Part shown: one piece after another, positions 1 to 13,795 of the stretch
How the letters are laid out: every line of letters begins with the position of its first letter
Position numbering within the stretch: the first letter of the stretch is position 1
Assembly: GCA_015680685.1 (NCBI GenBank)
Contig: MNCI01002984.1
Coordinates: 586,248 to 650,247 of the forward strand
Direction of reading: 5' to 3'
Origin: Gnetum montanum
Taxonomy: Eukaryota > Plantae > Gnetophyta
Length of the DNA: 64,000 nucleotides
Position numbers and translations under genes: made by a program
Notes under the pieces: generated by a model
What the model saw: only the letters and a program-made list of their open reading frames with translations
Told to the model about the DNA's origin: nothing
Databases searched by the model: none

Positions 1-1531
1 GGTGTTCTCAACCTCTTTGAGTCTCTTTTGAAGCTATTGAAAGGCTTCATCACATGTTATTGCTTGGTTGATAAAAGTGGGATCAGCGAGGCGAGCTCTC
101 AATTTGGTAACTTATGTTGCCAAGCATTGGTTCTCAACTCAAGCTACTTCAAGTTGCTCGTCTAGGATGATGCATTTGCCCCTTGCCTTAAGTAGCTCCA
201 ACTCGATTGTAGTGATGATATCTAGAAGGTTAAAGACATCTAAAATTTTTTGCCCGATTCCCACCAATCGATCCAGCAATTTGCCATGTTGGGTTGTGCC
301 TATTTTGTCATTGATGGTTTTTGCGGATGTCTACACATCTCCAAGTTCTTAGATTTGACTTTGTGGGCACCTGCATTCTTTGGGTTGAGAAAATTAGTGT
401 CCCACACTCCATCTAGCTTAAGGTTTAGGCTACTTCATTGAGGTGGCTCATGGTTGGTCTATACATAGATGGATCACCACCACTCATTCTTGCTTGTTGC
501 TATTGTTATTGCAAGAGCTATGCTCAGAGTTTGTGCATGCTTTCAAGAGTAGTGCGGGACTTCGGTGTTGTCTCATGAATAGGTGGTGGTTGTTGCTTCT
601 CTTATTTGATTACTTTTGTAAGCACTTTGTTCTTCATCATCTTCACCCAAGAAGCAGTTAGAGCACATTGGACAACACCATTTGTGTAGCAGGCTATGCC
701 TCCCCTCTTGCATAATTTTCAGATGAGGCATGGAATAGGGAGTGCCTTCCTTCCATGTTTGTTCTTCCTGAAGCACATCTCTATCTCAAGATAGATTAGC
801 TGTGGAAGGTTGATTGGGAATCTATCACTTAGAGCGGTGCATGCATGGGTGGAGAAAGTTGTGATCTTGCTAGGCCTTACCATTGGATTAAGGTGACAGG
901 TTGTAATTTTAAAGTATGCACGTTCCATTGTGATAAGTGCATCAAACTTCTTATGGTCCACTCCATAACATCACTATGTTCATTCTTTCTTGATGCTTGG
1001 ATCTACCTACATTAGAATTTCTGCAAGATTGGCCCCAGTCTCTTATAACCCAAGGGCCTCAAAAATATCCTTAATTTTGACTATTGAACCAACCTGCTTA
1101 TTGCTCTAGAAAAGGTATGTCTCTTCCATGTACTGCTCCCTACTAGAAGTGATGGTGGACCACATAGGAGAGTTTTGCAATTAAGCTTTGACTTCTAGAG
1201 GAGAAAACACCAAGAAGGGTCCAAAATTTAGCTCTTGAAGCATAGATTTCTAAACCTCCTTGGATGCAATTTGTTTAAGGAAGGCCTTCATCAAGGTGAC
1301 CTCAAGGTTCGATCTTGGCTTTGGTGCATAATCTTGGTGAGATTGTTCAGTTGTGGTCACTTCAGGAATTTGTCAAACAAATTCTACTTTAGGATTCTCC
1401 CAAAGAGGTCCTGTTACATGGATTTTGGTTGCCTGCTCTTGCGGCTATTCTTGGTCCCTTCCAATTCTTGGTCGTTTGTCCCTTGGTTGGGATGGTCCTC
1501 CCTCCTATGCGTGCTTTTCTTTAGGTGCCAT
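1..1531 (-). pseudogene. Accessory (env-like position) ORF of element A, decayed, runs off the window
   Basis: Starts ATGGCACCTAAA right after a branch point/acceptor (ctaat...catag). Fragment 719-961 reads ALSDRFPINLPQLIYLEI...ALPIPCLI, resembling Athila accessory ORFs. Homologous to 39301-42125. Confidence 0.75.
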
Positions 1532-3689
1532 CTATGGTGACAAAAAAACCAAGGATTAGCATATGGTATGTAACTTATAACATTTAAGTACCTTATCTCC
1601 ATGGGTAGTTACACTTTGACTAAGTTATGATCATGGTAGATTGATTATTTTAATATTATTTTGATGTCATTTCTTTTAGAAGTTTACCAAAGTTTGTTAA
1701 AAGGATTGAAGTTCTTCAAATTGATGTTTTAATGTTGGTTTATTAGTTAAACCTTTGTAGGAGTTAGAAAAAATTGGAAAAAAATTTCATCCAAAACTTA
1801 AGGTTTGTGGCCCCCATGACAAAAAGCTTACCTCCGATAGTTATAGGATTGAAGAATGAAGTTAATTGGACAAATGGTTAGGAAGTTATTACCCTTGGAA
1901 GGGTTTGGGCTCTAAAACATTCAAAAACTTCCCTCTTGTTTAAGCTTAAATGTGAACAATTACTAAGTGTGGCCATGTATTTATAGACTTTTTATGCTAC
2001 ATTGATGGGGTCTCATATACATGGTCAGCTCCTTAAATGGGGTCTTGTCGATGGAGCCTATGGAGAAAATTTTTTACTTTTAAAAAATTCAAAAAATAGA
2101 GAGAGTTTAAGCATGAGATTGGGGTTCTCGAAGAGCTAGAAAAGCTATGAACATGATGAAATGCTTGAAGAGGGCTTGATTATTCACTAAAATTGGATTT
2201 TTGATTAGAGAAATGCTATTAAGGAGCACACATTGGGATGCCATCAATGGGGAATGTAGAATGCTTCAATTGTGAAAATGCCTAAGGATAAGGAGCTAAA
2301 CTAATCAAACCAATGAAAATGTAAGTGGGTCCTCCCCATAGCAGGCTCATGCCCTTTTTGCCCTTGCATATCCTCAAACCAAGGAGTTTGTGGACCCTGG
2401 GGTTGATTAATGGTTATGGAAAGTTAAGAACCTAATCTAGAAGAATCTACCTAGGAATTTTAACATATCAAACTAAGACATTAAATAAGACATGGAAACC
2501 CATAGTGAGGTGAATATTTGAAAGCATTGGTGGATGAGAGAGAAACTAGAATGTAGTTCCATTTTATGGTCACATGAAGTCCCTTGTGGATTTTGTGGTT
2601 AAATAACCCAATAAAGTTCATCCTTAGTTCAGATCAAAACCAACCACTTCCAATGCCTTTGCATCAATACTCTAAGACTAGTTCAACCCCTTGAGACACA
2701 AGAATGCTCCTATAGATCAATCACTATTCCTTATTGAGAATAAAAGAGAACATGAAGTGAGAAAGGACCTTAGTTAGAGGGGATCTTTAGGCATGGGCAA
2801 CATGTCTTTCTAGTCCCATAACCAGTGCTTGTAGCCTATTATTTTTTCTGAGGGATGTGCTTTGAATCTACATCTTTGTTTTGGATTAGGGATGTGCTTT
2901 GAATCTACATCTTTGTTTTGGATTGGATAATTTTTGTGTTTTAATGGATTTTTGAATGGAAACCACATGATGCAAAGACTTAACTTCCTATTATTGGTCA
3001 ATAGCGGAACAATAAGAAATCCATGAAAACACTCATGCACTCAAGAGTTTGAGCAAGTATAGAGAGCATCGAATCTTTTTGAAGCCACATGCTTATTAAT
3101 CCATTTAATCTTTCCCAAGTTTGGAAACTATCAAGGTCACAAGTTTGTTAAAGTTTCATTAAAGAAAGGGACCTCATATTTCCAAAACAAGAAACACCAT
3201 AGATTATGTGGATGGGTAGATGATGTGGTCTCACTACCTATTCCATGAAAAAGAAACAATGTCTTAGTTATCAATACCAAAATTCAAAGATAGAATCTAG
3301 ACATTAGTAATTAAAAACATTAAGTACAAACCACCATTAGCAAACAACTATAACATCATTGTGTCTTGTTGGCAATAAAGGAGAGAAAAACAAACATTAG
3401 AAAATATAAGAAAAACCAAACCAAAATATAAAATAAAATATAAAAGAAATTGTAAAATATCCAAGAAAGGTAAAATGTATTAACGATGGTGTAAAACAAA
3501 AAGTGTAAAAATAAAAAGGTGTAAAACAAAAAAGTGTAACACAAAAAAGTATAAAAGCTGAGGAGCCACTTATATAATTAGCATGGATAGCCATCTCACC
3601 CATGACTGAGTTAAAAGAAGGAGATTTGAAATATTGAGAGTGGTTTTCCATCCGATGAGGTGTTGGTAGCATGAGCTCTTTTGGGCTCA

Positions 3690-6600
3690 TGGAAAGGTTT
3701 AACTTGTTGTGTGTTGACCAATAGTTTTTTATTTGGGCTCTTAGGTTTGTAAATCAACATGACCTCAGAAGGAAATGTTTCATAGATGATATACGACCAT
3801 TCCCACAATGTTTAAAACTTAGTTCATTGAGGCACATGTGTGGGATTCTAGTAGAGGACCTTGTCTCCTAGTTGAAATTTTACTTTCTTTATTTTGAGGC
3901 CATGACGTTGTTTGCTAAATGCCTTGTGCACTTTGTTCAAGGACAGGATCACCAATGTATTCTCATCTAGCATGTAAAAACTGATCAGCTAGGCTAAAGT
4001 CAAGGTCAAGGTCATAGACTATTGAAAGTGTACAAAGCTAAGACTGAATAGGAAGAGTTGGAAGTTTTCTATACACTAGCTCATCGAGAGAGTAGCCTAT
4101 AGGAAGTTTCCATGTTGAGCGGTAGGCCCAAAGGACATCGTTATGTTTTGTATTCTAGTCTCTTCTATATTTGCTAATTGTTCTATTTAAGATCTTAGTG
4201 ATCTTCACATTTGTAACCTTAGCTTGACCATTAGCTTGGAGGTGGCAGGGTGTTGTTAATTTATGTTTTACCCCCAAGTGTTGCATGAGCTTTCAAAAGG
4301 TGGTGCCTTTAAAATGAGTACCATTATGAGAAATTAGTGCATGTGGCACCTCAAACCTATTTATAACATTTTATTATATAAATCGAGTAGCTATGGAAGA
4401 TGTACAATTGGTGACGGCTATTGCTTCTACACATTTTGTACAATAATTAACAATGACTATAATGTATGCCTTTCCATTTGAGATGGATGTGATGGGATCC
4501 ATAAAGTCAATGCCTCAGATGTTGAAGGGTTATAATGGTTGGATCCACTACTAATGTCCCTTCATTTAAGTGGTTATCCCACCATTATGTTAACAATGAT
4601 TACAAGAGTGGATGAAGTGGTGAGTGTTCCTAAAGAGTGTTGTCTAATAATACCTTGCCATCAAGATCTTAATGGTAGTGCATCTCCTAGCATAGTGGCC
4701 CCCACAAGGAGCCTCTTGAGCATCTTAGAGGATGCAAAATTGATTAGCATTAAGAACATACCAATGAACCAAGCCATTGACGCATACTTTGTAAAGGTGT
4801 CCATTAATCTCCATGAAGTGTTTGGCTTGATGAAGAAACTGTTGTTTCTTTATGTGGTCTAACTTTTGTGGAATCTCCTTAGTGAGAAGATAAGTAAGGA
4901 TGCCATCATACCAATTAGGCTTAGTGAACACTTATTCATTTATAGCACTAGCAAAGAGGAGTTCATTAGGAAATTGATTAGAAAGTGGGTTCTCCTCCTA
5001 TTTATTGTCCCATCATAATCGAGACAAGTGGTCAATAATCACATTCTCGATTCCTTTTTGGTCTACCATTGTGATATTGATTTCTTGCAAGATCACAAGA
5101 CATTGTATGGCAGGGGGGCTCACCATTGGCTTGTTCATCAAAAATTGGATTGCACTATGGTTTGTGTGCATAGACACATTGTACCCAAGCACATAATACC
5201 TGAATTTCTCCAAGGCATACACCATCACCATTAATTCTTTCTCTGTTGTGATGTAGTTGAGATATGCACTAACAATGCTTTGGCTTGCATAGTGGATGTA
5301 GTAAGGATGTTTTTGGTCATCCAAATATGTGAGCACACCTCCCAAGGCATAATTTGATGTGTCCATCATAATGAAAAATAATCTAGACCAGTCTAGTGCT
5401 CATAGAATTGGAGTTTCTACAAGCTTCTACATAAGTTTCTAGAATGCCTTTTCACATTCCTTAGTTTAGATGAATAGAGCATCTTTTTTTATAAGCTCCA
5501 CCAACAATTTAGTGGTCTTAGAAAAATTCTCTATGAATCAATGGCAGTAGGCAATGTGTCCAAGGAATGATTAGACATCTTTGACAGTTTTTGGTTGCTG
5601 GGTAATTCCTTGGATGACCCTTATTTTTTCAGGGCCAACCTCAATCCTTGCTTGAGATATTTTGTGCCCCAAAACAATGTCCTCTTAGACCATTAGATGG
5701 CTCTTCTACCAATTAAGCCAATGGTTAGTCTCCACACACCTTTTTAGCACTTACTCAAGGTGGTCTAGGGCTTACTCAAATGTAATACCATAGGTGGAGA
5801 AGTTATTCATTAATACTTTCATCCCACTACTAATTTTCTATTAAAAGATATTAAGGACAAGGCGTTGAAAGGTTACAGAGGCATTGCATAGATCAAATGA
5901 CATCTTTCTATATGCAAAAGTCCCCTATGAACTTGTGAATGTACTTTTGGCCTAATCCTGAGGTGTTATCTAAATTTGGTTATAGCCACTATAATAATCT
6001 AGAACTATATAATAGCAATGCCTAGAAATAATGTCAAACACTTGGTCCACAAATGGCGATGGAAAATAATCTTTGTAGGTTGCCATCTTCAATAGCTTGA
6101 AGTCAATACAGATCACCCACTTGCCACCTTTTTTTGGCATGATCGCAAATGGGCTAACACACTCACTATCTACAACAAGATAGATGAACCCTGCCTTTAG
6201 GAGTTGTTCAATCTCCTCCTTGATGATCTACTTTAGTTTGAGTTCAACTGCCATTGCAGTTGACTCTTTGACTTTATGAAAGGATCCATATATATGTGGT
6301 CTTGGCATATCCTAAGATCAATCCTAGTGATTTTAGGCTATAACCAAGCAAAGGCTATTAGCCATTTTTTGAACACCTTCAACAACATCTTTTTCTATTC
6401 AAGAGTAAGATTGGCATTAATTATCATCAGCTTACCATTTTTTAGAAAATCATATTTCATGCTAGCAAGTAAAGTGTTCAACTCTAGGGGCTCTTGTTTA
6501 AAGCTTTTACGGATTTTCAACTCTTCCCAATACATGTCATCAAGTTTATCATTAGAGAGTTGGTGATAAACTTGCTTCAATTCATCCATGTCTTTAACAT

Positions 6601-7200
6601 AGGCACTTATTAAGCTCTTAGTTGGTTCCATGCAAAGTGTTGAGCTACTTTCAGGATCAGCTATTAGTCACTAGGTGTCCTATTTTGTGGCTACTATGTA
6701 CAAGCAACTTTAAATTTCTATCTCATCTACACACTATTTACATGTTTTGATTGATGTACTTTTTATAGCCCATACTTTTTGCACATAGTTGCACCCTGTA
6801 TCATTGTATGCGATGCATGGAACTCTCTTCTTCTTGATCTTTCTAAATACATTTTCCTTGAAAATATCCAAGGAAAGATCTTTGATTCTCAATCATGCAT
6901 CAATAGTGCTTAACCAAGCCCTTACAATGATGATTGGGAAGGACCCCTTGTAATTATCAACTCAGATCACTAGGAAATTAGTAGAATAGGACCACCCATA
7001 GATGGTGGTCACAATGTCCTCCACCAGTTCCAAGGAAATAGTGATGGATTAGTCTACCAACTCAAGAGAGATATTACTCTTTTTAAGTGGAGGCAAGTTC
7101 TAGTCTTTGTACATCTCATGAGAAATTAGATTTATACCAGATCCTAAATCCAGAAGAGCTTTGCAAGGCTCATTCCCATTGATTTGCAAATAGATGAGGG
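3690..7200 (-). pseudogene. pol of element A (PR ~6930-7200, RT ~5640-6200, RNase H ~5010-5400, integrase ~3690-4930)
   Basis: RNase H motifs DTSNYALGGVL and NYITTEKELMVMVYALEKFRYY; RT motifs SGYNQI and a decayed YxDD; integrase linker WYDGILTYL. Many stops. Confidence 0.93.
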
Positions 7201-7299
7201 GACTTTTAGGATCAAATATTTTCTTGGGAAGTTATCCAACCTTTATCCAATCGGTTACCACATGGGTTAACATGATGGTATGCACCTTGGAAGGTGTTT

Positions 7300-10200
7300 G
7301 GCTCGAAGGGGACTCGAATGGAGTAGATGCAGATGATGAGGGAAAGTAGAGTTATCAATTGCATAAGTTTGTAAGGGTTTCGTAGGATTGTTGGTTTGGA
7401 AGAATGGTATTTTTTGAAATTTGGTTTTCAAACCACTTGCCTAAAGAGCCAACTATTAGTTAATAGCCTTGGTGGCATTGCATTGTTGTAGTTGGGCTGG
7501 AATTTCACCCTATGTTAATGGAGTTAGTGGAAATTGAGTTGAGGTTGGAGGGACATGTGTAGCAAGATGAGGAGGGTAATGAGAAAATGGGGATTCCCCT
7601 ATTAGAGATTAGGCTATGTAGTACTTAGGAGGGTAGTAATGATGCTAGAATGAAGCATGACTAGAAGAGCCATGTAGAGAAATGGGGTACTGAACATAGT
7701 ACCCATATGGATCTAGCTATCGGTAAGGGTACTGCTACCTTGGTGGCGGCATTTGCCATGACTGTGGGTGCTACCACTAATGGTACTACTCATAAGGTTG
7801 TGGTGGAGCTCCACTTGGATAGTAGGCTTATTGTTGGTGAAACTGCCTAAGGTTGCCTAAAGGATAAGGAATCCTTCTAGGTGCTTACCTTCTAGCCAAT
7901 TTAGGATTTAGAGTGTACATCCCAGATTCCTGCAAGTGTGATACAATGGGGCAACATCCCCTAGGATGTTCATATTGGTAGATGTCACATCCATCATCAT
8001 CATCTGTTTCAGACTCCACAACCTCCTCTACTATAGCAACCTTGCCCTTATCCCTTTGATGGGCACATTTAGCTTCCTTCCTTCTCTTGCGATCACAATC
8101 AATACTTTGCTCTTTATATTTTTAAGTTATTTTTAGAGCGGTTTGGAACTTTTCATCCAAAGAGTCTCACATTTTATGTACCTTAGCTAAAATTTTGGAG
8201 ATAGATTTCTGAATCGGGAAGGTCTTTCATTGCACTACCTCATCAAGTGGTGCTTCCTCCTCATTGTTACAGAACTGGACTTTCCTGTTTCTGATGGAAG
8301 GATTCCAATTGTACTTCTTAGCACTTTTTCTCTATCTTAACTCTCCTTCTTCTTTGGCAACCTACTTAATCAACCTTTGAATATGATGAGCTCTTAGTTC
8401 TAAAAGCCTCCCTTAGGCATAGAGCCTAAGAGTTCTCCTTGTTTCTATGTGGAGCCCATCTATGATATGGTGAAGCTGCTCCTTTTGAGAATAACCATGG
8501 CTAGGACATCGATGCAAAAGGGAATAATATCTATCCATAGCTACATCCAAGGGTTCATGTGTTTTTTATTTCCAACCTTGGATCTACTTTCTCAAGTTGG
8601 ATACTTAGGAGTACATTTGATGCTTGTTGTTGAAGAGCTCAAGCATTGTACTACATCTATGGATTGATTTTGGCTCTAACAAATGGTATCAACTTTTAGC
8701 TTCTTTGATGAGTATCATTAGAAATAGTTTTAATTTTTTCCATTCATTCTCCATGTTTTGTAAGGCATAGACATAGTGAAAGGCTTGAAGATGGTTCTAT
8801 GGATCTAAGTTGTATCCCCCTCAAATTTAGCAATATTGGTCATATTTGTAGCGATCGAAAACATTAGCAGTTGGAATGTCCAGGGGTTCATAGGTACATA
8901 GCCTTGACCTTGCCTCCGCATGAGGGTCTTTGTTAGGAAACGGAGTTGGAGTGCCCTGGACGGTCTTGTCAATCGAATAGGAACTTTGCTAGTTGCAACC
9001 GAGGTATCGGGTGCAACCGGGGGGAGGGGGGTGACATGGTTAGCTAGAATGAGAGAGTTAATGTTGTGAGATAATGCTAAGTGTTTTAATGGTATTCTTA
9101 GTAGTACCAAGGCCAGCTAAGCCTAAGTGTAGTGAGGTTTTCTAGCATGAGAATGGTGGTGCAAGTGTGCAAAAAACGTGTAAAGTATTGAAAAGTGCAA
9201 ATGCGGTATTGAATGTTAAAGAAAATGCTTAAAATGCAATGGAGTTTGAAAGAAAGAAATACTGGTACCACTAGGAAGTGTAGCAATTACAAATGAGCAT
9301 TGAGGAGGTATGGAGTGTATAAACAGGTGTAGTAGTAGCATAGCCACAATCTCTAGGGTGTCTGGGGTGAAGATTGACATCTACTGTGAGGTTTGTGCCT
9401 ACTGGGTTGGTTACCACGGTGTCCTGTGGGTTGCGGTGTGCTACAGTGTTGAATGGGATGCAAAGGTATTGCCAAGATGTTGACACACTCCAATGTGCAG
9501 TGTGCTCAAGGTGCATCGAGTGCTAGGTGGTACTCTAAAATGCTAATTGCTACTTGGATTTGCTAGCCAAATGCTTCAAATGCCCACTACTAGAATGAAT
9601 TACCAACCCCTAGAGTGTGGAATGCGAGGGTATTTATTGGCTTAGGGTTAGCATGAAGTGTGGATTGAGCACCACATGGTAAAGGGGTAGGTGGGGCCAC
9701 GCTAACCTTTGCTACCCTTCTACTGGAGTAATTGGTGCTATGCTCTAGTATGCTCCACTACACCTTGAGAGATTGGTAGATTGTGGCTATGTTTCCAAGC
9801 TTGCATGTGCCAAGACTACAATGTACTTGCAAACAATGCATAATAGTGTAATTTAGAGGCTACACTTTGAGACTACATTCTCCCCTCTTTTGAGTATAGG
9901 TACAATTTTGGGACATAAAGGGGGTACAAAAAGAGTGCAAGTTGTTGATCCTTCTTGCCAGAGGAGTGTTAGAGCTAGAATGAAGGCCTGTGCTAAGCTT
10001 TAAAAGCTTTTGAAGGTAGTTTCGTGTGACTATGCTAGCTACACTTTGGAGCATAGCTCAATAGTTAGGCAAAGTTTGCAAAAAACTAAAGTCTAGTGCT
10101 ACTATGCTTATGATCGTAACAGGATGGGATAGGGCATAGTATGGAAACTTAGAAAAATCTATCAAAAATTGTAGTCCTTGCTCTTGCTATGCTAGTTACA

Positions 10201-11500
10201 CTCGGGAGTGTAGCAGGAGGGGTAGCTTCAGGAGTTAAAAAATCTACCAAATTCCTTTTCCATGCTGAGTTAGCTTGACAACTTCTGGCTTGACACTAGT
10301 GCAAACTAGCCACCAAAGTGCTGTTATGCTAAAGAGCGTAGTAGGAGGAATGTGAGTGTAGTAGGACACTTAGACAAAATTTTTACAGCTGCTGTTTGAC
10401 ACTTAGAAAATTTTGCAGATCTAGTTCTATGTTGCATGCTATGCTGGCTACACTCTAGAGCATAGCCCCCAATAGTGGGATCATGGCCCAAACACTTAAA
10501 AAAAAATTTACCTTGTTTGGCACATAGACAAATTTTCCCTTAAAATGCTATTGCCTAAATTTGGTGGTGTTTCAATATCCAACCACTTTCTTCTGCTATG
10601 TCTCATGCCTTGTCGGAATTCTCACTACCTTTGTGATATTTAGCATGTTTCAAGTTGCAAGAAAAGGCTTATCATAGTCATTACCTTTATGATGGTCATG
10701 ATGCCTATGATGCCCTTTTTTGTCCCTTCTTTCATGATGGCTGGCCTTCCTTGATTGCCCATGCCCCTGATCTCACCTAGTTCGGCAAGCCTTATGATCA
10801 TATCTATCTTGTTAGTTACCTCCGTCATTGTCACATCCTTTGTGGCTTTGGTCAAAGCTAGAGGAGGAAGAAGAGGATGAAAAAGGTGAAGAGGAAGAAG
10901 GACCAGCACCACTGGTATGCTTGTTACTCCCTCTTCTATGGTCATGACCATGATCATCATCATGATCCATGTCCTTGTCCTTGCGATGACTCCTACCTTT
11001 GGATCCCCCATTATCATGGAACTCATTCTTGCCTAAACTAGGATTGTTTACAATGGACTATAAATTCTAGTTCAAGCTTCCTTCATGAAAACCAAGGGGA
11101 GGAGAGTCAGTGAAGTGAGAATCCTCAGAGCATGGATCCTCACTCTCTTTTTCACCTAGTAAGAATAAGGGGTTATTAAACCATTTCTCCTTCATAGCTT
11201 CATCGTACCTCTCCTGTTGTTGATCTCTTTTGCATTCTGCCTTAGTGGGATGGTAATCCTTAGAGTCATGATAGTGCATAATGTATTTAGCATTGAGCCC
11301 CTAGATGCCCAACCTCATAAGAGTTTGCTGGAGCATCGTAGGAACTAATCGATTGGATGGCAACATAATGTTGCCCTCCATGTCTTCCCACTACGTTTGT
11401 TCATCTTGATGTAGGATGAAGGTGAAGTTTGGCACATACTCATTGGGATGAGTGTATACCACTTGACATTATTGGGGCATTGGCTGATTTGATCATTAAT
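7300..11500 (-). pseudogene. gag region of element A, interrupted by a solo LTR at 8847-10574; limits approximate
   Basis: Lies between the PBS and the protease; homologous to 32251-34000 in element B. Confidence 0.65.
8847..10574 (-). mobile_element. Solo LTR of the Ogre/Tat family of element C
   Basis: Minus strand TGAAACACCACC...CGCTACA matches LTR 30635-32250. Flanks ATATT (8842-8846) and ATATC (10575-10579) form a 5-bp TSD with one mismatch. The empty site in B has a single GATAT (32502-32506). Confidence 0.92.
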
Positions 11501-11680
11501 TCCTTTGATTGGATGTATGCTTGAATCATCCATGTGAGAAGAAGATATTTTAGATTAAATGAAAATAGCAGTGTGTTTTTTACAATTATTATTATTATTT
11601 TGAATGATTGTGACTTTAAGGTTCATTCCAATGATGAATAATTCTCACTAAGTCCTAAATAGTGCACATAGCTAACCAAA

Positions 11681-11699
11681 GTCCTTGGCAACGGCGCCA
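11681..11699 (-). promoter_or_regulatory. Primer binding site of element A, tRNA-Asp type
   Basis: Reverse complement TGGCGCCGTTGCCAAGGAC, 1 nt from the LTR end; close to the typical Athila PBS TGGCGCCGTTGCCGGGGA. Confidence 0.9.
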
Positions 11700-11700
11700 A

Positions 11701-12543
11701 TGATGAACAACGAGTATACCCTATGCCCAAGCATACAAATCACTACTGTCCACTAAGTGATTTGGTAAAATTTGGAAGACTTTAGGTTTCTACGTACATT
11801 GGTTCTAGGAGGTGAATCTAATCATTTCAATTGTTGTCTTTCCAATCTTTCTTATGAAGTGCAAGTGTATGGTTAAGTGTAACTAAGGCATATGATTATA
11901 TTTATTTTATCTTTTATATTTTAAGTCACCTAAGAACATGACTAAGGTAAATAAATGTTTAACTAATCTAATAACTATCTAATGTTTAACTAATCTTAAC
12001 ATAAGAATTCATTCCCACTTTCCACATACATCCTGAACACATATAGTGCCATTGGTTACCAAGCGTTAAGTGCTATTGGGATTACTAAGCGTTAAACATA
12101 TGCTTAAAGTGGTCATACTTATGTGTGCAATTTAATCAATATTAATTAATTATTTAAAAAAAGTAAAGTAAATCGCATGAATATTAAATTCTTAAGGAAA
12201 CCATTAATCTATTACAAGTGCTATAAGGTTTTATCAGAAAAGCTTATCTTTATTGTTGTCCACACTGAAGTGCTTAGGTACAATAGTGCTTGAATAAAGA
12301 TCCATACACTTCTTTGACTCTTGTTGTGGGCACTCAGAAAATATTTTAACCCTTAAATGGAAAAACTACAAGTGCTTCACTGTAATTATGAAAATATTAC
12401 CATAAATGTGGTGGGTAGGCACACATTTATAGGTAGGAACATGGGGCCTTGTGGATGGGTGCACATTAGTGGATCAAACCACATGTCGATGAGATCTCTT
12501 TGATGGGGTTGCATTGATGTGGCCCAACAATCATAACTCATTA
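11701..12543 (-). repeat. 5' LTR of element A
   Basis: Reverse-complement homology with LTR 42357-43099 at both termini; adjacent PBS. Confidence 0.88.
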
Positions 12544-13069
12544 CAAAGGATTTCAACTATTTAAATTTTAATCATGTTTAGTAATATTCAATGATATTAA
12601 GAAATCAACTATCATACTTGATCTTGATCTTGGTGACATATAATGACATGTTGAGAGAGCCAAATTTTCACACTTTTATTTACCTCTGATAGTGTTAGTC
12701 AAACATAAGTAATTTGCAGCATATCACATATTCCCTTTACTCGTAAAGAATTTTAAGATAATTCACTTGATATTATAGACTATTTTACATAGAGAATATA
12801 ACCTTTTCCATTATAGCCAAAATCTTCTTATAACATCTTGTGTTCCTTCCAAGCAAGCTTAGGATGAAATTAGCTAATAAATGTAACAAAAATATAAATA
12901 TGCATCTACACATAATAGTTCAATAAACACAATGGAAGATTAAATACAAAGCAACTATAGAAACAAAACTATAAAGGAATACTTCCATAACCACAACTAG
13001 CTAGTATGTATATAAGCCATCAAATCAAACAAATATCCATGAAATCAACTATCTAGGAAGAACCATACT

Positions 13070-13331
13070 ATCTTAGGTGTATACTATCAAAAAAAATATG
13101 TACACTAAAGACAAGATATACATTATTCATAATAAATATCCACAACTCATCAACAATCTAGTCCAACACCTTGCACAAAAGCAAGATATGTACACTACAA
13201 ATAAGATATACTATCAAAACATCTTAGGTCTATACTATTAAAAAACATATGTACACTACAAAAAAGATATACATTAGTCAAACTAACTATCCACAACTCA
13301 TTAATAATCTAGTCCAACACCTTGGGCAAAA
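13070..13331. repeat. Imperfect direct repeat, ~110-bp core, period ~151
   Basis: atcttagg...tatgtacact...tatccacaactcat...aatctagtccaacaccttg occurs at 13070 and 13221. Confidence 0.85.
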
Positions 13332-13795
13332 ACATCCATCTCTCAAAAAAATAAGTACAAAAGTATAGCTATATATAAAGAAGCAAATCCTACATCTCCT
13401 TCCTTAATCTTCCTGATCTCTAACACTCCCAGCTCCACCACCTGCATAAGATATAGTCAATATAAAATTAAGTTGGACCCTGTACTAGAAAAGAGAAGTA
13501 ATGGTACTAGTAACCTACATCAAGGTTAGTTCATACCCATGTACTATTAACAAACATATTAATCATCATGAGGCATTAAACAACATTACTATAAACTCAT
13601 CATGACACAACCAAACTAATAGGTAAGTTAATCATGTATTATTTCATTTTACCGTATTATAGAGTAGGATACATAAAGGATATAAGGAATTTAAATTTTT
13701 TTCCATATTGAGATTCACTCGAAGCCTAGGAAGTAATATATGTGATGAGTGGTTGGGTATTCCAATACTCAACCACACAAGTCACACGTGTTCAT

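Larger units (their letters stand above)
1..12543 (-). mobile_element. Element A: decayed Ty3/Gypsy, Athila-type; 3' end lies outside the window
   Basis: 5' LTR 11701-12543, tRNA-Asp-type PBS, gag-PR-RT-RH-INT order on the minus strand and a downstream accessory ORF. Colinear reverse-complement homology with element B. Confidence 0.93.
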
